A stretch of DNA of 64,000 bases from Sphingomonadaceae bacterium (GCA_965284665.1 OZ260108.1:1450588-1514587); one strand, 5' to 3'; positions 19,276 to 27,653 are shown, counted from the stretch's first letter. Program-made: numbers and translations. The notes: generated by a model from the letters alone, not told the origin.

Positions 19276-20024
19276 CGCTGCGCCTCACCACTGGCCAACA
19301 CGTCGCCCGGCTGTTCATCGACCGGGCGGACAAGCGCAACGCCTTCAACCAGGCGATGTGGGAGCAGCTGCCCGAACTGGTGTTGCAGGCCATGGCCGAT
19401 CCGGCGGTGCGGGTGCTGACGATCGAATCTGCCCATCCCGGCGTGTTCTGCGCCGGGGCGGATATTGCCGAGCTGCTCGCCAACAAGGACGATGCCCAGT
19501 GGCGATCGGCCAATCAGGCCGCAATCAACCGCGCCCAGCACGTGCTGGCCCGCGCGGATAAGCCAGTGATCGCCTATATCGATGGCGATTGCGTCGGCGG
19601 TGGCTGTGGGATTGCCCTGGCGGCCGACATCCGCGTTGCGACGCCGCGCGCGCGGCTGGGGATCACCCCGGCCAAGCTGGGGCTGGTCTATCCGCTGCAT
19701 GACACCAAGCTGCTGGTCGATCTGGTCGGTCCGGGGCATGCCAAGCGCATGCTCTATACCGGGATGCTGCTGGATGCGCATGAAGCGCTGCGGATCGGGC
19801 TGGTCGATGAGATCGCCGATAGCCCCGGCCATCTCGAAGACGTGATCGCCGCCAATTCGCTCCATTCGACCAGCGGCATGAAGCGGTTCGTGCGCCGCGT
19901 GCTCGATGGCCAGGCCGATGACGATGCGGAGACGCTGGAAGTGTTCGCGCAGGCCTTCACCGGGCCGGATTTCCTCGAAGGGACCAGCGCCTTCGTTGCC
20001 AAGCGCAAGCCGGAGTTCAAGTGA
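19272..20024 (+). CDS. Crotonase (enoyl-CoA hydratase/isomerase) superfamily, lacking the canonical Glu pair
   Basis: KRNAF, FCAGADI, GGGCGIALAAD, TPAKLGLVY, FVAKRKPEFK. Confidence 0.9.
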   Translation: MTLRLTTGQHVARLFIDRADKRNAFNQAMWEQLPELVLQAMADPAVRVLTIESAHPGVFCAGADIAELLANKDDAQWRSANQAAINRAQHVLARADKPVIAYIDGDCVGGGCGIALAADIRVATPRARLGITPAKLGLVYPLHDTKLLVDLVGPGHAKRMLYTGMLLDAHEALRIGLVDEIADSPGHLEDVIAANSLHSTSGMKRFVRRVLDGQADDDAETLEVFAQAFTGPDFLEGTSAFVAKRKPEFK

Positions 20025-20920
20025 TGGCCATTCCCCATGGAACGATCATGGGCGGGCTCTCAGTGGTGCCGGACGTGTCCGCTGCGCTCGCCGATTACCA
20101 GGGCGTGTTGCAGCTCGATCTGGTGCACGAAGGCCCGCTGCCGGCTGACCTCGCGGCGAGCTGGGGCTGTCCGGCCAGCGCCGGCGCGCGCCATGCCGTG
20201 TTGCGGCCCAAAAGCGGCAACCCGTGCTGGTTCCGGCTGGTCGAACAGCCCGACCATCCCGAGTTCAAGCCGACCACCACCTTTGGCTGGGGCGCCTTCG
20301 AGTGCACGGTCGAGGACGTGTTCGGCTGGCCCGACCGGCTTCAGGGCAGTGGCTTCACCATCGTGGGTGAACCGCGCGAGCTTCCGGGGATGGATGCCTT
20401 CATCCCAATGCAGGTGCTCGGCACCGGGCGCGAGATGGTTTACCTGAACCAGGTCTTCAACGACATGGCGAACGTCGATCTGCCGCGCGCGCAGTCGATC
20501 ACCGACCGGATCTTCATCGTCATTCTCGGCACGCCGAGCCGGGCGGAATCTTGCCGCTGGTACCAGGAGCGGCTGGGGCTGGAGCCGGTCGATACCTTTG
20601 AACTGCCCTATGCCATGATCAATGACGCCTTCGGTCTGCCGGCGGACTATATCTCCGCGCTGACCATGGTTCAGGCCGGGCGGCTGCCGATTGTCGAGGT
20701 GGACGATTACCCTGAGCAGGCGCGGCCGCGTGCCCGCCATGCCGGGATGCTGCCGCCAGGCAATGCGCTGGTGACGCTGGCGATGCGCGATCTGGCTGCC
20801 TGCCAGGTGGACTGGATTGCGCCCCCGGTGGCCCGCGACGGCGCGCTTTATGAAGGCCGCCGTGCGGGCACCTGCCTGGGCTATGCCGGGGAACTGATCG
20901 AACTGGTTGAGGTGGGTTGA
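20021..20920 (+). CDS. VOC/glyoxalase-like two-domain protein
   Basis: Repeated beta-alpha-beta-beta-beta units, SCRWYQERLG, terminal ELIELVE; translationally coupled. Confidence 0.6.
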   Translation: MMAIPHGTIMGGLSVVPDVSAALADYQGVLQLDLVHEGPLPADLAASWGCPASAGARHAVLRPKSGNPCWFRLVEQPDHPEFKPTTTFGWGAFECTVEDVFGWPDRLQGSGFTIVGEPRELPGMDAFIPMQVLGTGREMVYLNQVFNDMANVDLPRAQSITDRIFIVILGTPSRAESCRWYQERLGLEPVDTFELPYAMINDAFGLPADYISALTMVQAGRLPIVEVDDYPEQARPRARHAGMLPPGNALVTLAMRDLAACQVDWIAPPVARDGALYEGRRAGTCLGYAGELIELVEVG

Positions 20921-21228
20921 TGGCGCTCTATTGCATTCACGCGATTGATGGACCGGATGGTGCGGAAATCCGCCTGCGGCTGATCGGGGCGCACCTTGCC
21001 CATGTCGAGGCGCATATTGATCGCTACTTCGTCGCCGGACCGCTCAAGAATGCAGAGGGGCAGACCATCGGTTCGATGCTGGTGGTCGAGGCGGCGGATG
21101 AGGCCGATGCCCGCGCATTCCTCGATGCGGACCCCTATGCCGGGGCGGGGTTGTGGAGCCAGATCCACGTCGCCGCCTTTGCCGCCGTGGCGGGCACCAG
21201 CGTGGGTGGGGCGGCCTGGAAGAAGTAG
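20920..21228 (+). CDS. YciI family protein
   Basis: R...HLAHV, AGPL, GSMLVVEA, DPY motif. Confidence 0.88.
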   Translation: MALYCIHAIDGPDGAEIRLRLIGAHLAHVEAHIDRYFVAGPLKNAEGQTIGSMLVVEAADEADARAFLDADPYAGAGLWSQIHVAAFAAVAGTSVGGAAWKK

Positions 21229-21232
21229 CCGC

Positions 21233-21249
21233 CCCGGTCCCTTACCGGG
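21233..21249. terminator. Small hairpin between convergent yciI and S46 peptidase genes
   Basis: CCCGGT-ccctt-ACCGGG. Confidence 0.4.
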
Positions 21250-23382
21250 TTACTTGACGCCCATTTCCTTGAGCAGCTCGGTCGCCCCGTCGACCTTTTC
21301 CATGACCCACAGCATGTAGCGGTGGTCGACATGGATGGTGCGGTTGATCGCCGGGTTGAAGCGCCAGTCGGAAATCACCCCGTCCAGCGTGCCGTCGAAG
21401 GCCAGGCCGACCAGCTCGCCCTTGGCGTTGAGCGTGGCCGAGCCGGAATTGCCGCCGGTGATGTCGACTGTGGTCAAGTAGTTGACCGGCAGTGTGCCGA
21501 GTTCGGGCGCGACGTAGCTGCCATAGTCCTTGGCCTTGACCAGTTCGATCGCCTTGTCCGGTGCGTCGAATTCACCCTTGCCGGTGTGCTTGGCGGCCAT
21601 GCCTTCGGCGGTGGTGAAGGCGCTCCAGGTCACGCCGTCCTGCTTGCGGCCGGTGACCTTGCCCCAGGTAATCCGCAGCGAGGAGTTGGCATCGGGATAG
21701 ACCGGCTTGCCCTGTTCGCGCGTGAAGGCCATCCGCCCAGCCATGACCGTGCGCTGGACTTCGTTCAGCTGACCGCCTTCGTCCTTGTCCTCGTCGAGTC
21801 GCTTCTGGCTGTAGGGATAGGCGGCGACCGCCAACTGGATGAACGGATCGCTAGAGGCTTCGAACTCGGCGGCCGGCTTGTCGAGCCAGGCGAGGCGCGT
21901 GGCGGTGTCGGCCAGCTTGGTTTCGGCATAGAGCTTGTCGAGGCCGATCGCGTCGAGCTTGGCCAGCAGGGCATCGTTGCGTTCACCGGCCGGGACGGCG
22001 CGGTAATGGGTCAGCGCCCATTCCATGATCTGGCGATCGACCCCCGCATCAAACCGGCGCTCGATCTGCTTAAGCCCTTCGCTGCGCGGCGTGCGGTCAC
22101 GATCCTGGAAGCCGGCTTCGCGCAGGGCGTCGGGCTTCTCGCGCTCCTTGGCCCAGCGGTAAAGCGCGGTCGCGGCTGAGAGCAGCTGCGCGCGGCCCAA
22201 CTGGCCCATGCGGATGTCGTTCACCGCGCGCTTGTCCTGCGCGGCGAGCAGGGCGTCGAGCTTGATGAGCGCTGGACCATAAGTCGCCTGGCGCTTGGCA
22301 TCGGCGGCGACCCAGGCACGGAAGGCCTTGTCTTCCTCGTCCTTCACCTCGATCAGCCGGATCGCATCGGCTCCGGCCATCTGGCCCAGCAGGTTCTTCT
22401 TGGTGTTGTCCGCACCCTTGACGCTGTTGGCATACTTGATTTCGGCGGCCGGGTTGCCCGCAGTCAGCTTGTTCACCAGGTCCGAATAGTCCGACAGCAG
22501 CTTTTGATTGAGCGGATAGCGATCGGCGAAGACCGACTTGGTCTCGCTCGCCATGCGCCAGCGGTTGGTGTTGCCGGGGAAGCCCGCGAGCATTACGAAA
22601 TCGCCGTCCTTCAGCCCGTCCTTGGCGATCGTCAGCCACGACTTGGGCTGGTAGGGAACATTGTCCTTCGCATAGCTGGCCGAGCTGCCGTCCGGGCCGA
22701 CATAGGCGCGGTAGAAGCCGAAGTCGCCGGTGTGGCGCGGCCACTGCCAGTTGTCGGTCTCCCCGCCGAAATTGCCGATCCCGCCGGCCGGGGCATAGAC
22801 CAGACGCACGTCCTTGATCTCCAGCTGCTGCTGCAGGAAATAGCGCTCGCCGCCGAAATAGCTGCGCACGTCGCAGCGGCGGTTGGGCTGCTTTTCGCAA
22901 GCGGCGATCAGCGCCTTGCGGTTGGCATCCATCCGGTCAAAGCGCTGGCGTCCGGTCATCTTGGGCTTCAGGCCCTTGAGCATGTCGGTGGTGACGTTGC
23001 GCAGGTCCTCGATCACGTAGATCCGGGTGCCGGGCGCGGCGGGCACTTCGGCGCTCTTGTCCTTGGCCAGGAAGCCATCGGTCAGGTAATCTTGCCCCGG
23101 CTTCGAATTGTACTGGATCGAACCATAGACGCAGTGGTGGTTCGAAACGACCAGCCCCTGCGGCGAAACGAACGAGGCCGAGCAACCGCCCAGCGAGACG
23201 ATTGCGTTCATCGGCGCCTTGGTCAGGTCGGTCAGCTGTTCGGGCGGCACCTGCGCGCCGGCTTCCTTCATCTTGGCGGCCACTTCGGCCATCTGGCTCG
23301 GCAACCACATGCCTTCGTCGGCAACGGCCGGAGCGGCCAGGGCAAGCAGTGATGCACCGGCGGCAAACAAGCGAAAGGTCAT
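21250..23382 (-). CDS. S46 family dipeptidyl peptidase (DPP7/DPP11/DAP BII-like)
   Basis: Signal peptide then DEGMW, GCSASFVS, SNHHC, NWQWPRHTGDF, TGGNSGS. Confidence 0.95.
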   Translation of the reverse strand: MTFRLFAAGASLLALAAPAVADEGMWLPSQMAEVAAKMKEAGAQVPPEQLTDLTKAPMNAIVSLGGCSASFVSPQGLVVSNHHCVYGSIQYNSKPGQDYLTDGFLAKDKSAEVPAAPGTRIYVIEDLRNVTTDMLKGLKPKMTGRQRFDRMDANRKALIAACEKQPNRRCDVRSYFGGERYFLQQQLEIKDVRLVYAPAGGIGNFGGETDNWQWPRHTGDFGFYRAYVGPDGSSASYAKDNVPYQPKSWLTIAKDGLKDGDFVMLAGFPGNTNRWRMASETKSVFADRYPLNQKLLSDYSDLVNKLTAGNPAAEIKYANSVKGADNTKKNLLGQMAGADAIRLIEVKDEEDKAFRAWVAADAKRQATYGPALIKLDALLAAQDKRAVNDIRMGQLGRAQLLSAATALYRWAKEREKPDALREAGFQDRDRTPRSEGLKQIERRFDAGVDRQIMEWALTHYRAVPAGERNDALLAKLDAIGLDKLYAETKLADTATRLAWLDKPAAEFEASSDPFIQLAVAAYPYSQKRLDEDKDEGGQLNEVQRTVMAGRMAFTREQGKPVYPDANSSLRITWGKVTGRKQDGVTWSAFTTAEGMAAKHTGKGEFDAPDKAIELVKAKDYGSYVAPELGTLPVNYLTTVDITGGNSGSATLNAKGELVGLAFDGTLDGVISDWRFNPAINRTIHVDHRYMLWVMEKVDGATELLKEMGVK

Positions 23383-23520
23383 TCAGGCACTCTCCGTTAT
23401 TGACTGGCGCACAACGGAATCGCCGGGCGCACCACTGCGGCTCGCCAAAGCGCAAGATCGCGCCGCGCACAAGCCGGATCGTGGGGCAGGGTGTGGTGTT
23501 GGGAGCGAACGAAAAGCCAA

Positions 23521-23604
23521 GCCCCGTGTCAAGCACGGGGCGACGGATTGGTGTTACAATAGCAGATATCAAAAAATTATCGTCGCCCCGTGCTTGACAC
23601 GGGG
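23521..23604. repeat. Two CGTC-type REP units flanking a 35-bp AT-rich spacer
   Basis: GCCCCGTGTCAAGCACGGGGCGACG (23521-23545) and CGTCGCCCCGTGCTTGACACGGGG (23581-23604). Confidence 0.85.
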
Positions 23605-23630
23605 TTGGGCTACCTTCCGTCGGCAGCGCC

Positions 23631-24089
23631 TTAAGGCGCCGGCTTAACATCCGGCGTGGTGTTGTCCATGTCGCGCCACAGCAGCCAGCCTTTGCCCTTG
23701 CGCTTGTAGATCAGCATCGAGCGGCCGGCGCTCTTGATGGCGGGTTTGCCGGGGAGCTGCGCGGTCATCCAGTACTTGGCAACAAGGATCCCCAGCTTGC
23801 CCTCAATCACGATGTGCTCGGGCTCGAAACGGAAGGCGATGGTTGCGCCCTGATCCTTGAAGCGGCGCAGGTAGGCGATGATCGCATCGGCGCCCTTCGC
23901 GGCCGGGGCCTTGTCGGTCATCAGCCAGGCGTCGTCGGTATAGAGCTTGCGCAGCGCCGCCCAGTCGCCGGCGGAATAGGCCGCGTTCCACAGGTCGCCC
24001 TGCGCGGCAATTTCGGCCTGCTGGTCGCGCGCCAGGGCGGCGGTTGGCAGCAGCGCCAGCGCGAGGGCGCATAACAGAGTTCGGATCAT
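23631..24089 (-). CDS. Secreted NTF2/SnoaL-like (DUF4440/YybH) protein
   Basis: Signal peptide; WNAAYSAGDWAAL..LYTDDA, GRSMLIYKR; RBS AGGAG before ATG 24089. Confidence 0.8.
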   Translation of the reverse strand: MIRTLLCALALALLPTAALARDQQAEIAAQGDLWNAAYSAGDWAALRKLYTDDAWLMTDKAPAAKGADAIIAYLRRFKDQGATIAFRFEPEHIVIEGKLGILVAKYWMTAQLPGKPAIKSAGRSMLIYKRKGKGWLLWRDMDNTTPDVKPAP

Positions 24090-24130
24090 CGCAGCGCTCC
24101 TCAGGGGATCAGACGCGCAGCATTGCAAAG

Positions 24131-24142
24131 ATGTCCGGACAA
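24131..24142. promoter_or_regulatory. Third copy of the operator (ATGTCCGGACAA) in the divergent 24089/24175 promoter
   Basis: 14-bp identity TGTCCGGACAAATC with 6443-6456; preceded by TTGCAA (-35-like). Confidence 0.65.
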
Positions 24143-24174
24143 ATCCATAGTCCTTGGCAGCTGAAGGACCTGTC

Positions 24175-24939
24175 ATGCGCTTTCTAGTGATTGCCGCCGC
24201 CTTGCTGGCAGCTATGCCCGTCGCGGCGGAAACACCGCTGCCCGACGCGCGGATGATTATTGCCGAAGCCGCTGAAGTGGCCGGGGGTGAGGCCTGGCTC
24301 AGCCCGGCCACCCTGCGGCTGGAAGGGCGGGCGGAGTTCTATGCGCCCAATCAGCCCGGCGTCATTCGCCGCGCCGAAAGCTATGTGATGTGGCGGGTGC
24401 TCGATCCGAACCGCACCGCGGCCCACGGGCCAGAAGGTAAGGTGCGGATTACGGCGCGCTCGGGCGGCAAGCTGCTGTTCGATGTCGGCTATGATGGAGA
24501 GACGACGTGGAACGAAAAGGGCGTGGTGCCCAAGGCCGAGGCCGATGCCTATTGGGCCGCCAACTTCGGCTTCGGGATCATCCGCATGGCGCTGAAGCAG
24601 GGCTTCAAGCTGGAGCGCGCGCCGGATCGGACGGTGGATGGCCACGCGCTCGACATGGTGCGGATCGTCGATCCCGGCGGGCAGGCCACGCTGTTCGGGA
24701 TCGACGTCAAGAGCCGCTATATCCGCTACATGGGTTTTGCCACGCCCCGCGGCTGGCACGAGCGGGTCTATGACGATTTCGTGTTCTTCCGCAGCCCGCG
24801 CTGGCTGCAGGCGCGCAGCGTCACGCTGTTCTACAACGGGGTACGGCAGAACACCGTCTATTGGGACAAGGCCGTGGTCGGCCAGCCGATCGATCCCGCC
24901 ACCTTCGCCATGCCCGCCAGCTATGGAGCAAAGCCATGA
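24175..24939 (+). CDS. Secreted hypothetical protein, possibly LolA/lipoprotein-sorting-like fold
   Basis: Signal peptide, AGGEAW motif, beta-rich; fold is an inference. Confidence 0.6.
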   Translation: MRFLVIAAALLAAMPVAAETPLPDARMIIAEAAEVAGGEAWLSPATLRLEGRAEFYAPNQPGVIRRAESYVMWRVLDPNRTAAHGPEGKVRITARSGGKLLFDVGYDGETTWNEKGVVPKAEADAYWAANFGFGIIRMALKQGFKLERAPDRTVDGHALDMVRIVDPGGQATLFGIDVKSRYIRYMGFATPRGWHERVYDDFVFFRSPRWLQARSVTLFYNGVRQNTVYWDKAVVGQPIDPATFAMPASYGAKP

Positions 24940-25232
24940 CCGCCTGGATGATCGTTACTGCAAGGATCCATGACCGCGAGAAGTTCATCACCGGCTATGG
25001 GCCAGCGGCGGCCAAGTTGATCGGCCAGTTCGGGGGCAAGTACATCGTCCGCGCGCCCGGCGCCGAAGTGCTGGAGGGCGAGGGTTGGCCGGGCGCCTCG
25101 GTTGTCATCTCCGAGTGGCCCGACAAGGCCGCGATCATGGCCTTCTGGAACTCGCCCGAATATGCCGAGGTGAAGAAGCTGCGCGAGGGGCTGGCCGATG
25201 TCTCGATCCAGGTGATCGAGCAGCCGGGCTAG
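24936..25232 (+). CDS. DUF1330 family protein
   Basis: FGGKYIVR, EVLEG, VISEWP, FWNSPEYAEVKKLR. Confidence 0.88.
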   Translation: MTAWMIVTARIHDREKFITGYGPAAAKLIGQFGGKYIVRAPGAEVLEGEGWPGASVVISEWPDKAAIMAFWNSPEYAEVKKLREGLADVSIQVIEQPG

Positions 25233-26323
25233 AGCAGCAGCACCGCAAAGCCGAGGGCAGTGAGGAAACTGGCGAGGGTGGCGGTCACCACCGGGATCGT
25301 CGCGCGCCAGCCCATTTCGAGCAGCAGGTCCATCCGGCTGCGCATCGCCGTGGCGGTGACCGCCAGCAGCAGCAGGCCCTTGGAGGTGATCAGGGCATAG
25401 TGGCTGACTACCTGCGGGACAGACACCACACTGTTGAGTACGACCGTCGCCAGGAAGGCGGTGATGAACCAGGGCAGGGCAAGGCGTTTCCACACTGGCT
25501 GGGCAACGCCGCCGGCGGTGCCGCCGCGCAGCATCAGGCTGACCAGCACGACAATTGGGGCGAGCAGGGCGACGCGGGCCAGCTTGACGATCGTGGCATA
25601 GGAACCCGCCGCATCGGAAAAGGCATAGCCGCCGCCGATCGCCTGGGCGACATCGTGGATCGAGGCGCCGATCAGAAAGCCGGCTTGCTGGTCAGTCAGG
25701 TTCAGTTCCGCCGCCAGCACCGGATAGACCGACATGGCAAAGGCGCTGGCGAGACTCACCCCGACCAGGGTCAGCGCGAACTGCGCCTGGCTGAGCCGCT
25801 CCTTGCCGATCACGCCGTAGAGCGCGAGTGCGGCGCTGGCCCCGCAGATTGCGGTCGATCCGCCGGCCAGCATCCCGGCGTACCTGGACTGTGTGGCAAA
25901 GCGCGCCCCGGCGATCCCGGCAAAGAAGGTCGCCGCCATGACCACTAGCAGCGCCAGGAACGGCGCGGCGCCCAGCGCGGTGATCTGTTCGATCGTCACC
26001 TGCAGCCCCAGCACCACGATCCCGACCCGCAGGCACGTGCGCGAAGCAAAGTCGAGCCCCGGGTGCGAGCGCGGCTCACGCGCGATGAAGTTGAGCGAGA
26101 GACCGATCAGCAGGCCCAGCAGGATAATCGGAAAGCCATAGTGCTCCGACAGCCAGGCCGCCGCTGCCGCCGCGACGCCGCAGATGGCGAGACCCGGGAA
26201 CAGGCTGGCCTTCTTGCTGTCGGCCTGGGCGGTCAGTTCCGCCAGGTGCAGCTCGCCGTAGAGGTCGCCGCCGTGGGGCAGGGCATCCCAGTCGATCGCG
26301 GGGCGGGGTGGCGGCTGGTTCAT
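25229..26323 (-). CDS. YeiH/UPF0324 putative sulfate/sulfite exporter (PSE family)
   Basis: LRVGIVVLG, GSTAICGASAALA, IGASIHDVAQA, VKLARV; start ATG 26323. Confidence 0.9.
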   Translation of the reverse strand: MNQPPPRPAIDWDALPHGGDLYGELHLAELTAQADSKKASLFPGLAICGVAAAAAAWLSEHYGFPIILLGLLIGLSLNFIAREPRSHPGLDFASRTCLRVGIVVLGLQVTIEQITALGAAPFLALLVVMAATFFAGIAGARFATQSRYAGMLAGGSTAICGASAALALYGVIGKERLSQAQFALTLVGVSLASAFAMSVYPVLAAELNLTDQQAGFLIGASIHDVAQAIGGGYAFSDAAGSYATIVKLARVALLAPIVVLVSLMLRGGTAGGVAQPVWKRLALPWFITAFLATVVLNSVVSVPQVVSHYALITSKGLLLLAVTATAMRSRMDLLLEMGWRATIPVVTATLASFLTALGFAVLLL

Positions 26324-26331
26324 GGGCGGGC

Positions 26332-27567
26332 TTAGCGGGCCTGTTCGGGACGACGGATGACCGGCATTAGCAAATGCAGCCAGCCCAGCGCCACCAGATA
26401 GGACACGGCGGCAAACAGGAACAGCGGGGTAAAGCCCAGCCCGGCGGTCAGCACCGCGCCGGTCACCAGCTGGATCAGCGCCCCGCCCATGTTGCCCATA
26501 AAGGCCCCGAAGGCGGTGACCCGGCCAACCTTGCTGCGCGGCACCACATCGGTGATCGTCGAGAAGATCGACAGCGAGAAGCCCTGGTGCCCGGCCATGA
26601 CCAGCCCCATCATTACCGCAACCGGCCAGAAGGAATTGAGCTGCAGCACCAGCGGCAGCGGCAGAACCACCAGCGCCGAACACAGCATCACGGTCTTGCG
26701 CACGCGGTTCGGGTTCCAACCCTGTTCGAGCAGGCGCGTGGAAATCCAGCCCGCAAACAGCGCCCCGCCGCCCGATCCCAGGAAGGCGATCGCCAGCGGC
26801 ACGGCCAGCTCTTCGGTCGTCAGGCCATAGGTCTTGCGGTAGAAATCGGGCAGCCAGAAGTTGATCAGCCACCAGGTTGCGTCCGACAGCGCCTTGGCGA
26901 TCACGATCGCCCAGGTGCGGCGGTCACGCAGGATCGGGCCATAGGGCGCGCCATCGTCGGAATAGTCGCGCTGCTCGTCCTCGGCGCTATCGTCAAAGGT
27001 GACGCGGCGGGCGAACCACAGCCACAGCGCAAGGGTGACAAAGCCGGCAATCCCGCCGGTGATCAGCGCCCCGCGCCAGCCGAACTGCGCGGCCAGGAGC
27101 GGAATGAAGAACGGCAGTGACAGCGTGCCCAGCCCGGCAATGGCCGTGCCGACGCCGAAGGCAAAGCTGCGTTTGTCAGGCGGGAACAGCGTCGCCACGG
27201 TCTTGATCGTCAGTGGCGTCTGGACCGCTTCGGTTGCGCCGAGGCCAATCCGCGCGGCCACCACGTGCCAGGCCGATACGGCCCAGCCATGGGCCATGGC
27301 CGCCAGGCTCCAGGTGGAGACCCCCGTCACCATCGAGCGCCAGACGCCCAGCTTGTCGACCAGCCAACCGGTGAACAGGAAAGAGAAGGCGGCCGCCATC
27401 TGCGTGACGAACGCCAGCCGCCCGAAATCGGCATCGGTCCAGCCGAAATCGGCGGACATGTCGGGCTTGAGGATGGCGATGATCGGCCGGTCCATCGCGT
27501 TGAACACGCCGGCAATGGCCAGCAGGATGAACAGCGTCCAGCTGAGCCGGCTATTGATCTTTTGCAC
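26332..27567 (-). CDS. MFS transporter, ExuT/anion:cation symporter-like
   Basis: NAMDRPII, GWLVDKLG, LSDATWWLINFWLPD, GGALFAGWIS; GTG start 27567 with RBS GGGGAGAG. Confidence 0.9.
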   Translation of the reverse strand: MQKINSRLSWTLFILLAIAGVFNAMDRPIIAILKPDMSADFGWTDADFGRLAFVTQMAAAFSFLFTGWLVDKLGVWRSMVTGVSTWSLAAMAHGWAVSAWHVVAARIGLGATEAVQTPLTIKTVATLFPPDKRSFAFGVGTAIAGLGTLSLPFFIPLLAAQFGWRGALITGGIAGFVTLALWLWFARRVTFDDSAEDEQRDYSDDGAPYGPILRDRRTWAIVIAKALSDATWWLINFWLPDFYRKTYGLTTEELAVPLAIAFLGSGGGALFAGWISTRLLEQGWNPNRVRKTVMLCSALVVLPLPLVLQLNSFWPVAVMMGLVMAGHQGFSLSIFSTITDVVPRSKVGRVTAFGAFMGNMGGALIQLVTGAVLTAGLGFTPLFLFAAVSYLVALGWLHLLMPVIRRPEQAR

Positions 27568-27597
27568 CCGGTCTCTCCCCACCCAAGCGAAAACAAA

Positions 27598-27630
27598 AGG
27601 GGCCTCCGCCACGCGGCGAAGGCCCCTCGA
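27598..27630 (-). terminator. Rho-independent terminator-like hairpin between the TonB receptor and the MFS gene
   Basis: AGGGGCCT...AGGCCCCT stem followed by TTTTGTTTT on the minus strand. Confidence 0.6.
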
Positions 27631-27653
27631 TTGTCAGGTCTATCCCATCCGGA

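Noticed and set aside
6506-21228. Calling the cluster a plain itaconate or phenylacetate pathway
   Set aside because: No paa ring-epoxidase genes, and the amidase, PuuE, SDR and second MmgE/CaiB genes are unexplained by known itaconate operons.
25229-26872. 547-aa fusion-like ORF for the exporter (similarly 60022-61422 for murI and 51975-53573 for the dehydrogenase)
   Set aside because: The N-terminal extensions overlap neighbouring genes; internal starts at 26323, 60825 and 52362 give normal family lengths.
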